Below, in pieces: positions 52,788 to 62,600 of a stretch of DNA of 64,000 bases (positions within the stretch are counted from its first letter, which is position 1; each line of letters starts with the position of its first letter). The DNA is from Zancudomyces culisetae HAW-14-8 (taxonomy: Eukaryota; Fungi; Kickxellomycota). Both the position numbers and the translations under genes were made by a program. The DNA is taken from positions 930,001 to 994,000 of the forward strand of contig JBNJNM010000008.1 of assembly GCA_052426225.1 (NCBI GenBank), read 5' to 3'. Below the pieces are notes generated by a model. The model was not told the DNA's origin, made no database searches, and saw only the letters and a list, made by a program, of their open reading frames with translations.

Positions 52788-52860
52788 TGGAGAACCGGGG
52801 TATCGATCCCCGTACCTCTCGCATGCTAAGCGAGCGCTCTACCATTTGAGCTAGTTCCCC
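52788..52860 (-). tRNA. tRNA-Ala(AGC), 73 nt, no intron
   Basis: GGGGAACTAGCTCAAATGGTAGAGCGCTCGCTT-AGC-ATGCGAGAGGTACGGGGATCGATACCCCGGTTCTCCA; G3:U70 Ala identity pair. Confidence 0.96.
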
Positions 52861-52868
52861 ATGTGTCT

Positions 52869-53558
52869 TGTTGTAATTTTAGTTTGCAGAAAATTTCTCA
52901 GGAAATTTCCGCAACTAAACCTACAAAAAGTTCTGCTAATAGAGGGGGATTGTTACTGGAATAAGTTTTACTTTATTTAACCAGTCAACCCTACCTTTTT
53001 AGCTTATATTTAATTTAGTTTTATGTATTTATTACTTCAATAAATGCGATAAAACTGGGTAAAATTACGCCCAACTCCTAAAATTTGGTGTGCAAAACAA
53101 TTAATTTTGGTCCAAAAGTTAGACTCTGATACCTTTCTGATACCCTTTGAAAATTGTGTTACGCTTCACTACCTATGTTTTTTTTTTTGTTTTAGGTAGG
53201 TTTTTGCTCAAATCACAAATTTCAATTTTATAGAGTAAAATCAAGTATTTTAGAGCTAATTTGTATTTTATTTAATGAATAACTTTTAAAAATAAAAAGA
53301 TAAAACCACCAAACTTGTGGTGAGGTTACTAGTAATATACTAGTACCTGACTAGCTATTTTATTAGAACTTTATATAATAGAAACTTAAAATAAAATAAT
53401 CAAAACTTAATATTGACTCACTTTTTGGGTGATAATTTCACCCTAGTAATCCCAGATTACTAGCTCGAACACCCGAGATAACGGTGGTTATTCGGTGTTT
53501 GAGAAGCTGTATGCTGTTTATCCAATAGTTTAGCTTGGATAGAACTAAGCATACAACA
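52869..53558 (-). repeat. 3' LTR of element A (690 bp)
   Basis: Terminal inverted repeat TGTTGTA/TACAACA. By eye identical to 58566-59255 except A/T at 52941/58638. Confidence 0.96.
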
Positions 53559-53570
53559 CCTCCCCCCCAC
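53559..53570 (-). other. Polypurine tract of element A
   Basis: GTGGGGGGGAGG immediately precedes the 3' LTR on the minus strand. Confidence 0.9.
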
Positions 53571-53607
53571 AGCTTACACTCAGGGTTTCAACCTTTGTGT
53601 GCAAGCT

Positions 53608-56600
53608 TTAATTCTTGAAGCGTCTCAAAGTGCTCCGAATATTCCCTGGCGTGATCTCGGGAATCATATGTTCTGCCTGGCGATATGGTTTAAGGCGGTC
53701 TCCATTAACCAAGTCACGGTGTCCTGCTGGATCTTGGATAACGTATGTGCCTAACCTAAGTACTCTGGTGACGGTATATGGTCCTTCCCAGTAGGGTTCC
53801 AATTTTCCTGAAGGCTGCTCAACTTTTCTGAGCACCTTGTCACCTTCCTTGAAACGGTAGACAGTTACTTGTTTGTCATACCTTTGCTTCATGACCTGGT
53901 TTGCCTCAGCCATTTTCTCAACTGCTAGGCGCCTTATCTCGGGGATACCAACTTGGATGGCGTTTACCCTTTGAATAATCTCTTCCTCGAGATCTTCCAC
54001 TTCTGCAGGAGGTCTCCAAGTTGCTGGGGTTTGCAACTTTACTCCATACAGTAACTCTGCGGGGCTTTTATCTGTAGATCTGTTCTTCATAGTCCTGATG
54101 ACTAACAAGACCTTCCAGATATAAGTATCCCACTCTTCCTTGTTTCTCTCAGAAACTTTGGCTAACACATTACGGAAAGTTCTATGGAAGCGTTCCACTT
54201 GACCATTAGCTTGGGGACGAAATACGGTAGTTGGGGTGTGGTGAATCCCCACCTCTTCGTAAAACTTAGAGGACAATTCTGATGTGAATGATGCTCCTCT
54301 GTCAGACATAAGTTGTGCGGGTATACCGAACTCTTGCACCACTTTGGTGAACAAGAAGTTAATCACAACTTCCGAAGTAGCATGTGGCACCGCCACAGCA
54401 ATTGGCCACTTCGTCAAGTAGTCTATCGCAGTTATGACATACTTGTTGCCTGATTTTGCTATAGGATTTATAGGTCCTACAAAGTCAATCCCCATTATTT
54501 CAAACGGTCGCATGGCTAGGAAAGGATGGAGCGGCTCTCTAAAGAATTTACCTTTATCTTGTTTTTGGCAACGCTCACATTCTCCTACAACTTCCTCAAC
54601 TACCTCTCGCAACCCTTTACCGAAGTACTTGTTTCGGGCGCGATTCAGGGTATAGAGTATTCCTTCATGACCTTCTTCGTGAATCTCCCGGATTTTCTCC
54701 TTTTGATTCTCATGGTGAAGTACTTCCCTTATCCCAAACTGCTTTGTTACTTTGCATAACTTATTATCCAGCAGCTTGAACAACTTAGCCTTTTCCCGAA
54801 GGCTTTTCCTGAAGTCGTCATTAGCTCTGTTTGGGTAAGTTCTATCCCTTAGGTAGTTGGAAATAGCTGCGTGATGTAACACATCCATCGCCGCTATTTC
54901 TACTTCCTCGGCCTCTGCTCCTGGGGCTACTTCTTCCGTGATTCCTGGATTTCTTGACAGGAAATCAGTAGGGTTTACAGCACCCCTAACATGTTGGAAT
55001 TCGTAGTCAAACTCCCGCAGGAACATTGCCCATCGTGCTACTCTGCCATTTAAGTCCTGGGTGTCAAAGACCTTTAGTAATGCTAAATGGTCTGTCTTCA
55101 CCACAAACTTTTTCCCCCAAAGGTAGTGTTTAAATTTCTTTATTCCCCACACTACCGCAAGGCCTTCCAAATGAGTAATAGCATAGTTGGCTTCATGAAT
55201 GTTTAGGGTGCGACTGGCGTAAGCTATTGGGCGTTCTTCGCCGTTTATTTCTTGTGTTAAGATAGCTCCCAGTCCGACCCCAGAGGCATCCGTGATCAGG
55301 ATAAATTCCCTGTCCCAATTGGGATGTGCCAGTGTAGGAGCTTGAGTGAGCAGTCTCTTTAGCTCCCGCACCGCCTCTTTACATTCTTCAGACCACTCCC
55401 AAGAGACATCTTTCTTTAGGAGGTTTGTCAACGGTCTGGCCACTAACGCATAGTTAGGTATAAACTTCCTATAGTACCCAGTGAATCCTAAGAAGGATTG
55501 TATTTCTTTAACATTTCTTGGGTCTATTAGAGTGTTTATACTCACTATTTTATCCTCATTTGTACTTATACCATTCTTACCAATGGTATGCCCCAAGTAA
55601 CGAATCTCGGTCTTGCCGAATTCGCACTTATCTTTGTGCAATTGCACTTTACCCTTCCTGAGACATTCAAAAACTTCTTCTAAATGTCCCTTGTGTTCCT
55701 CCCAGGTCTTGGAGTACACAATTATGTCGTCGATAAACACAATCGCACAACGCCATAAAACGTTTGCCAACACTTTCTCCATCAGTTTCTGGAATGTAGC
55801 GGGACTGTTGCAAAGTCCAAAAGGCATAACGTTGTAACAGTACATTCCATCTCCTGGTAGAGCGAATGCTGTTTTGTGTTTATCTGCGGGATTCATTTTG
55901 ACCTGCCAAAACCCGCTCATAGCGTCCATTACGCTAAAAACCCCTGCATTCCCAAATGCCGCAAAGATATCATCAATTATTGGCAATGGATACAGATCCT
56001 TGCGGGTAACTAAGTTAAGTTTACGGTAATCTGAGCAAATTCTCAACTTCCCGTTTTTCTTAGTTACCACCACTACTGGGGCGCACCAATCGGACTGGCA
56101 GGGCTCAATTATGCCTTTCTCTGCCATTACCTCCAGTTCCCCTCGCACCTGCTCCCGTAGATGGTGCGGAATCCTGTAAGGGCGAACCTTCACCGGATTG
56201 GCGTCTCCAACCTCAATGCGGTGGTCCAAAACATCGGTCTGTTCTAGATCCATAAGATCAGTCACAAACAGATCCTTATTCTTTTCCAGCACATTGAGGA
56301 GCCCCTGGGGTACTTCTGGTGCCACTTCAGATGTTGAAGTTGACACCTCCTTTGCTATCCCGTAGAGTTCGTACCCCGAATAATCTACGAGGTTGCTTTT
56401 CTTGCTCGTAAAGAGTGTCAAAGCAATCTCCTTGTCGCCCTTGGGTAATATTAATTCTTTACCGCCCAAGTCGACCATAGCACCATGTTTAGTCAACCAG
56501 TCCATGCCTAAGACTAGCTGATTAATACCCCGCTCCATGACCAACAGATCTCCAGTAAAGATGTACCCAGCGATTCTGAAAGGTACACCCGAAACTATTC

Positions 56601-58146
56601 CAAGTGTGGAATGTTTCGCCCCATCTGCTGTCACTATAGTGGGCGTATCCATAGTGTCTATTTCCAAACCCAGCATTTTTAGGAAGTCGTTGGTGACTAC
56701 TGAGCAGGCTGCTCCAGTATCTAGGATAGCAACGTGGTATTCACCAAAGACGTCGATGTACGCTTTACAGTTTGTATAGCGACTACCTTCATCTTCAATG
56801 GCTCCCAACTCTTGCTCCTCCAACTTCTGGATGTATGTTAACATCCTCTTCCTAACCATTGGGGAAACCTTGAGGAGGTGGGCATAGTTTAACTTTGGTT
56901 GAATCCTGTTAAACTCATCCTCAATGGAAAACTCCTTTATTGGGAGTTCTTCCTTGTCCCCAGGTGTCTGGCGAGTTTTCCCAGTCGCCGCACCTCTCTC
57001 GCGTACTATAGCAGCTTTATCAGCTAAGTAGCGTTTTGTTTTAGAGTTGGTTTCCGTCTGGAAAGAGAACCTGTCTTTCGCAGGGTTTCTCGGAACCACT
57101 CGTATTGCCTGAGGTGGATTTTGGTCTTTTTCGACCTCCATGCCCACCTCCCTAATCTCTCCGGTAACCTGTCCCGGAGGATTTTCTCCTGTCCTAACTC
57201 TACCCCTTACAGGGCTGTTGTCTGTTGGGGAGGGGCTTCTGGGCCTTTTCTCCACTCCAAACAACGCTTCCGCCTCTGAGTCGGACATCTCAGAGCATAG
57301 TTCAATACAGCCTAAGTCTTTCGACCCTCCAGCTGCTTCAGGACATTGTGTCCCATGGTGCCCAGGCTTTTTACACTTGAAGCACTCCAGGATTCTTGGT
57401 TTGAAGTCTCTCTGGGGTTTCCTATTGTTTCCCCCATGAGATTTGGCTTCAAGCTTTTCCATCCTGTCGAGAATGTTGAGTTGCAAACCTTGCATATACT
57501 TCAACGTTCTCTGTAATTCCCCAGCAAAGTTTTCCTTCAGCGAAGTATCCGCTTTTGGAGGACTTTGCTCTTTCTTTTCTACCTTTGCGGGTGCTCTGGT
57601 TTTCTTTGGTGCCGAAAGATTCAGAGCCTTCTCGAGTTTTTCTTCCTCGAGGAGTTTCTCCTTAGCTTCCTTTACCTTAGTAATCCCAGCCTTAGAAAGA
57701 AGGACTTGATTCCTTTGGGTGAGTGCTCTCCGAAAGAGATTCATCCAAGTCTTTGAATCCTCCTTAATACCCGCAGCATTAGCCAAACTATCAAACTCGG
57801 CTTCGAAAAGCTCAAAGTTTTTAAAGTTTGCTTGCCGCAAATCTATCAGGGTTTCTAATGCCGTTAACTCAGTTTCTTGAGTACCGAACTGCTCCAGGAA
57901 TTTCTTGGAAGCGGCTTCCCAGGTTGTCAAAGTTGACAATTGCCTTTTAAACCACTTCTTGTCCTCCCCGGATAGGTACAGCTCAAGATACTTGAGTTTT
58001 TCTGCATCATTCCACCCATACATAGATGAAATTAAACCGTAAGTATGCAACCAGTCCTCAACATCGGGACAGTTTGCGCTATCAAACGGAGTAATTTCTG
58101 GACCCCCGCGGTTAGATATCACTTTTTTACCAGTGTTCCCAACCAT
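53608..58146 (-). CDS. Gag-Pol polyprotein (CA, CCHC knuckle, protease, RT, RNase H, integrase), 1512 aa, single ORF
   Basis: CFKCKKPGHHGTQC; LDTGA; MPFGL, FIDD; TDASG; HHCC, D-D-E (GIDF/SDRG/QVERF); GPY module; no chromodomain. Confidence 0.97.
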   Translation of the reverse strand: MVGNTGKKVISNRGGPEITPFDSANCPDVEDWLHTYGLISSMYGWNDAEKLKYLELYLSGEDKKWFKRQLSTLTTWEAASKKFLEQFGTQETELTALETLIDLRQANFKNFELFEAEFDSLANAAGIKEDSKTWMNLFRRALTQRNQVLLSKAGITKVKEAKEKLLEEEKLEKALNLSAPKKTRAPAKVEKKEQSPPKADTSLKENFAGELQRTLKYMQGLQLNILDRMEKLEAKSHGGNNRKPQRDFKPRILECFKCKKPGHHGTQCPEAAGGSKDLGCIELCSEMSDSEAEALFGVEKRPRSPSPTDNSPVRGRVRTGENPPGQVTGEIREVGMEVEKDQNPPQAIRVVPRNPAKDRFSFQTETNSKTKRYLADKAAIVRERGAATGKTRQTPGDKEELPIKEFSIEDEFNRIQPKLNYAHLLKVSPMVRKRMLTYIQKLEEQELGAIEDEGSRYTNCKAYIDVFGEYHVAILDTGAACSVVTNDFLKMLGLEIDTMDTPTIVTADGAKHSTLGIVSGVPFRIAGYIFTGDLLVMERGINQLVLGMDWLTKHGAMVDLGGKELILPKGDKEIALTLFTSKKSNLVDYSGYELYGIAKEVSTSTSEVAPEVPQGLLNVLEKNKDLFVTDLMDLEQTDVLDHRIEVGDANPVKVRPYRIPHHLREQVRGELEVMAEKGIIEPCQSDWCAPVVVVTKKNGKLRICSDYRKLNLVTRKDLYPLPIIDDIFAAFGNAGVFSVMDAMSGFWQVKMNPADKHKTAFALPGDGMYCYNVMPFGLCNSPATFQKLMEKVLANVLWRCAIVFIDDIIVYSKTWEEHKGHLEEVFECLRKGKVQLHKDKCEFGKTEIRYLGHTIGKNGISTNEDKIVSINTLIDPRNVKEIQSFLGFTGYYRKFIPNYALVARPLTNLLKKDVSWEWSEECKEAVRELKRLLTQAPTLAHPNWDREFILITDASGVGLGAILTQEINGEERPIAYASRTLNIHEANYAITHLEGLAVVWGIKKFKHYLWGKKFVVKTDHLALLKVFDTQDLNGRVARWAMFLREFDYEFQHVRGAVNPTDFLSRNPGITEEVAPGAEAEEVEIAAMDVLHHAAISNYLRDRTYPNRANDDFRKSLREKAKLFKLLDNKLCKVTKQFGIREVLHHENQKEKIREIHEEGHEGILYTLNRARNKYFGKGLREVVEEVVGECERCQKQDKGKFFREPLHPFLAMRPFEIMGIDFVGPINPIAKSGNKYVITAIDYLTKWPIAVAVPHATSEVVINFLFTKVVQEFGIPAQLMSDRGASFTSELSSKFYEEVGIHHTPTTVFRPQANGQVERFHRTFRNVLAKVSERNKEEWDTYIWKVLLVIRTMKNRSTDKSPAELLYGVKLQTPATWRPPAEVEDLEEEIIQRVNAIQVGIPEIRRLAVEKMAEANQVMKQRYDKQVTVYRFKEGDKVLRKVEQPSGKLEPYWEGPYTVTRVLRLGTYVIQDPAGHRDLVNGDRLKPYRQAEHMIPEITPGNIRSTLRRFKN

Positions 58147-58546
58147 TTTTTAGTAGTATAAACTAACTACTTTAATAATAGTTCTTCCCGTAACTTGTTC
58201 GGAACTTTTAACTTTTTATATTTTTAATTGGGAGTTTTCTCGGAAAAATATCTCCGCAAAAGGAATAGTACCAATTTACTATTATTCCTAGCCTTCTGCT
58301 AATTTTTCTGAGGTATAACTACCCAAAATTAATGTTTCCTGCAGGAAAAACTCCTGGTGAAACTTTTATTTATTATTAATTTTTTCGGTAACTTTAGTCG
58401 CAGACTAGTTACCTTTCGCACCCGAGAAACTGTGGTATTTCACCCAGAATTCTCCAGATATATTTTAATACTTATAAAATAATCCTTTAGCAGCTTAATT
58501 GCTGACTAGAGTGGTTATTGCGGGACTTCCCAAGTGTTTTGGTAGT

Positions 58547-58564
58547 TTCCCGGCAGAGCCCCCA
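58547..58564 (-). other. Primer binding site of element A, probably tRNA-Pro
   Basis: TGGGGGCTCTGCCGGGAA, 1 nt from the 5' LTR; 15/18 match to the MLV tRNA-Pro PBS TGGGGGCTCGTCCGGGAT. Confidence 0.8.
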
Positions 58565-58565
58565 C

Positions 58566-59255
58566 TGTTGTAATTTTAGTTTGCAGAAAATTTCTCAGGA
58601 AATTTCCGCAACTAAACCTACAAAAAGTTCTGCTAATTGAGGGGGATTGTTACTGGAATAAGTTTTACTTTATTTAACCAGTCAACCCTACCTTTTTAGC
58701 TTATATTTAATTTAGTTTTATGTATTTATTACTTCAATAAATGCGATAAAACTGGGTAAAATTACGCCCAACTCCTAAAATTTGGTGTGCAAAACAATTA
58801 ATTTTGGTCCAAAAGTTAGACTCTGATACCTTTCTGATACCCTTTGAAAATTGTGTTACGCTTCACTACCTATGTTTTTTTTTTTGTTTTAGGTAGGTTT
58901 TTGCTCAAATCACAAATTTCAATTTTATAGAGTAAAATCAAGTATTTTAGAGCTAATTTGTATTTTATTTAATGAATAACTTTTAAAAATAAAAAGATAA
59001 AACCACCAAACTTGTGGTGAGGTTACTAGTAATATACTAGTACCTGACTAGCTATTTTATTAGAACTTTATATAATAGAAACTTAAAATAAAATAATCAA
59101 AACTTAATATTGACTCACTTTTTGGGTGATAATTTCACCCTAGTAATCCCAGATTACTAGCTCGAACACCCGAGATAACGGTGGTTATTCGGTGTTTGAG
59201 AAGCTGTATGCTGTTTATCCAATAGTTTAGCTTGGATAGAACTAAGCATACAACA
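58566..59255 (-). repeat. 5' LTR of element A (690 bp)
   Basis: Direct repeat of 52869-53558. Confidence 0.96.
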
Positions 59256-59259
59256 GTCT

Positions 59260-59665
59260 TGTAATATTATTTTAAATATGTTTGCCTTTTTAGGGGCTTT
59301 GTACTCAACTCCGAACTCTATCGCACTTGTATAGTTTTTATCCTACACCCTTGCTAATAGTTCGTTTTCTGAAGTTAGTACAGTCGTAATTTTTGTATAT
59401 CTTATTTTTGTTTTATTCTTATTTTCTTCTTCAAAACTGTGTATAAATTATATATATCTTTTGTTATCTCTAAAACTAATTATAAAACTTTTCCTGATAA
59501 CGACTAACCTGTTATCAAGGATAGAAATTGGATAAAACCCTCCATAGGGAGAAAAGTCCAATCTCCAATGAAATAAATATGATAAAATAAATATGATAAA
59601 CTAAATATGATAAATAAACTGCCAATCAAAGCTAGAAGGTATGAACTATCATTAATTATATGACA
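59260..59665 (-). repeat. Putative 3' LTR of element B (406 bp)
   Basis: Termini TGTAATAT...ATATGACA (7/8 inverted repeat), preceded on the minus strand by the PPT TAGGGGGGTAAC. The partner LTR is not in the window. Confidence 0.8.
59571..59612. repeat. 3 x 14-bp tandem repeat AA(A/C)TAAATATGATA in the U3 part of the element B LTR
   Basis: Read directly; generates three TGATAA motifs. Confidence 0.85.
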
Positions 59666-59674
59666 GTTACCCCC

Positions 59675-62600
59675 CTACCAGATTGGACTTATTCCTGAAT
59701 TAGTCTTGAAACGATACAACTTAGTTTTCAGTGGACCTGACACCTCTGGGATCATGTATCGACTGTGCTGATATGCCTTTAGTAAGTCCCCATTGATTAA
59801 GTCCCGATTACCAACATTATCTGAAATAATATAAGCGCCTTTGGATAATACATTCTCAACTTTGTAGGGGCCCTCCCAGACTTCTTCTAGCTTACTAACG
59901 GTCTGTTCTACCCGTTTCAATACCAGATCTCCTGTCTTGAACGCTGATACTTTTACCGTCTTATTATAAACCTCCTTATCCTTTTCCTTAGCCGCTATAT
60001 TGTTAGTAGCACTCGCTGTTCGCATCTCTGGTAAATCAGTAGTTATGGCTCTAATTCGCTCCTGAATAGCGAGGTCTAAATCGTCTGCGTCAGGTGGGGG
60101 TGCCCACACACTAGGTGTAACGATCTGCATTCCGTAGAGTAATTCTGATGGACTGAATTTGGTCGACTTATTCCTCATAGTTCGGATGGCCAATAGGGCC
60201 TTCCAAATATACTTGTCCCACTGTTCTTTATCGGCCCTGCATTGTCTCACCAAAGCGTTTTTAAGCGTTTGGTTCAGTCTCTCCACTTGCCCATTGGACT
60301 GTGGACGATATGGAGTTGTGGGTGTATGCCTAATCCCTAAGTATTTGTACACCTGCTCTGCTAGATCGCTAACGAATCCAGATCCCCGATCCGTGATAAT
60401 CTGGTTTGGAACGCCAAAAACTTGCACTATATGTGTTAATATAAAACTTATTATGGTCTCTGTTTTAATATTTGGTACAGCGGCCGCCACCGGCCACTTG
60501 GTGAAATAGTCTATTCCAGTTAGTATAAATCGGTTGCCTGACTCACTAATCGGATTGATTGGTCCGATAGCATCTAGGCCGAATATTCCAAACGGTTTTT
60601 GAGCAAATATTGGATTCAAGTTGTTTCTCCTAGTCCTTCCTCCCCGGAGCCGTTGGCACGTTTCGCATTCATTGACTACTTTCTTCACTGTTTCATATAA
60701 TCCTTCGCCTGTAAATTTCTCCTTAGCCTTTATCCATGTGTTTTCGATTCCTAGATGTGCTTCTTCATGAATCTTTTGTATAGTTTCTTCTATATTCTTT
60801 TCATGAAGTACCTCCTTCACTTGACCTTTGATTATACGACTTAGCTTATCATTCCTGATCACGTACTTCTTTGCCTTGTTTCTTAACTTCATCCTAAAAT
60901 TATCATCGGCACCTCGAGGATACTCATGCGTTTTTAAATAGTTAGTTATAGCAGAATAGTATAAGAAATCCAATGACATTATATCCAATAGTTCAGGCTT
61001 ATCTATTTCGTTTCCTCCAGGTAATCTGGATAGGGCATCGGCCGGGTTCTTCTTGCCAGGGCAGTGCTCGATAGTATACTCATATGTCCTTAGTATCATC
61101 GCCCACCTGGCGACTCGTCCTGTGATATCCTTACCATTAAACAACTGTAGGAGTGATTTATGATCAGTCCTAATTACAAAATGTTTTCCCCATAAATACT
61201 GTCTCAGCTTCTTGACAGCCCACACCACGGCTAGGCCTTCCAAGTGTGCTACTGAGTAATTGCGTTCATGCGGATTTAGTATTCTGCTTAGGTAACAAAT
61301 GGGTTTCTCACCATCATCAAAAGTTTGTGAGAGAATGGCGCCTATCCCAACCACCGACGCATCTGTTGTCACCACAAACTCCTTCATCCAGTCCGGATGA
61401 GCTAATACCGGAGCCATACTCAGTTTCAATTTTAGATCTTCGACTGCCTTTTGTTGTTCCTCACCCCAGTTCCAATGGGTGTTTTTCTTCAATAGCTTCA
61501 ATAATGGTGACACAACCCTCGCATAGTTTTCTACAAACTTGCGGTAATAGCCCGTGAGTCCAAGAAAGGACTGTAACTCCTTTACATTATTGGGAATGCT
61601 TGCAGTTTGTATTGCCTTAATTTTATCTGTACTAGTTTCGATTCCTTCTCCAGAGACTGTGTGTCCTAAATAAGTTATGCTGCGCATACCTAGCCTACAC
61701 TTATCTGCGTGCAACTGAATCTTGTGTTTTCTTAGCAATTCGAGAACCTCCCTTACATCGACTATATACTGATCAATAGTTCTTGAATACACCACAATGT
61801 CGTCAATGAAGACAACCGTGGTCTTCCACAGCACTGGGGCTAGAGCCTGCTCCATCATTCGCTGGAAGGAAGCAGGACTGTTGGTGAGCCCGAATGGCAT
61901 CACGTTATAACAGTATGTGCCACTCCCAGGAATAGCAAATGCAGTCTTGCTACGGTCCTCTGATGCCATGGGTATCTGCCAAAACCCACTGAGCGCATCA
62001 AAGGAACTGAATACCGTAGCGCCCGCCAAAGCCATGAATATATCCTCTATGGTAGGTAATGGGTAGGAGTCTTTTCGCGTGATTTGATTAAGCTTCCTGT
62101 AGTCGGCACAGATGCGCAACCGACCATCCTTCTTCCATACGGTCACAACAGGAGAGCACCATTCAGAAGTACATGGTGATATCACTCCGTTGTTTTCCAT
62201 GACACGCAGTTCTTCTCTTACTTTCTCATACAGGTGAAACGGAATCCTGTAAGGCCGCTGCTTTATTGGCCTTTCTGACGTTAGTTCTATTCTATGCTGG
62301 GTTACATCAGTTTGTGTCAACTGGCTGATGTCCTTGATGAATAAATCCTCGTTATCAGCAACCAACTCCTGTATCCTTGGATCCTGACATTGCTCCTCCT
62401 CTAGTTTCAATTGGTTTGGTGCCATTACTAAGTAAACCTCTGCTTCCTCCCACTCATCCTCATCTGTAACTGACCTTATATAAAGCGGTGATATCAGCAT
62501 GCGGTTGCCTATGGGTAAGCTCAATTGACTCTTCAACAAATCTATAGTTGCTCTATTCCTGTACAACCAATCTGTGCCTAGAATCAAGATGTCCTCTTTT

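Larger units (their letters stand above)
52869..59255 (-). mobile_element. Full-length Ty3/gypsy LTR retrotransposon (element A), 6387 bp, 4-bp TSD GTCT (52865-52868 / 59256-59259)
   Basis: Two 690-bp TG...CA LTRs, PBS, PPT, intact single gag-pol ORF. Confidence 0.97.

Noticed and set aside
52624-52845. 73-aa ORF
   Set aside because: It is a translation of the two tRNA genes.
59620-59660. ATGA...TGAT in the element B LTR as a SECIS for the in-frame TGA
   Set aside because: The stem is too short and lacks the apical AA; it does not fit SECIS geometry.
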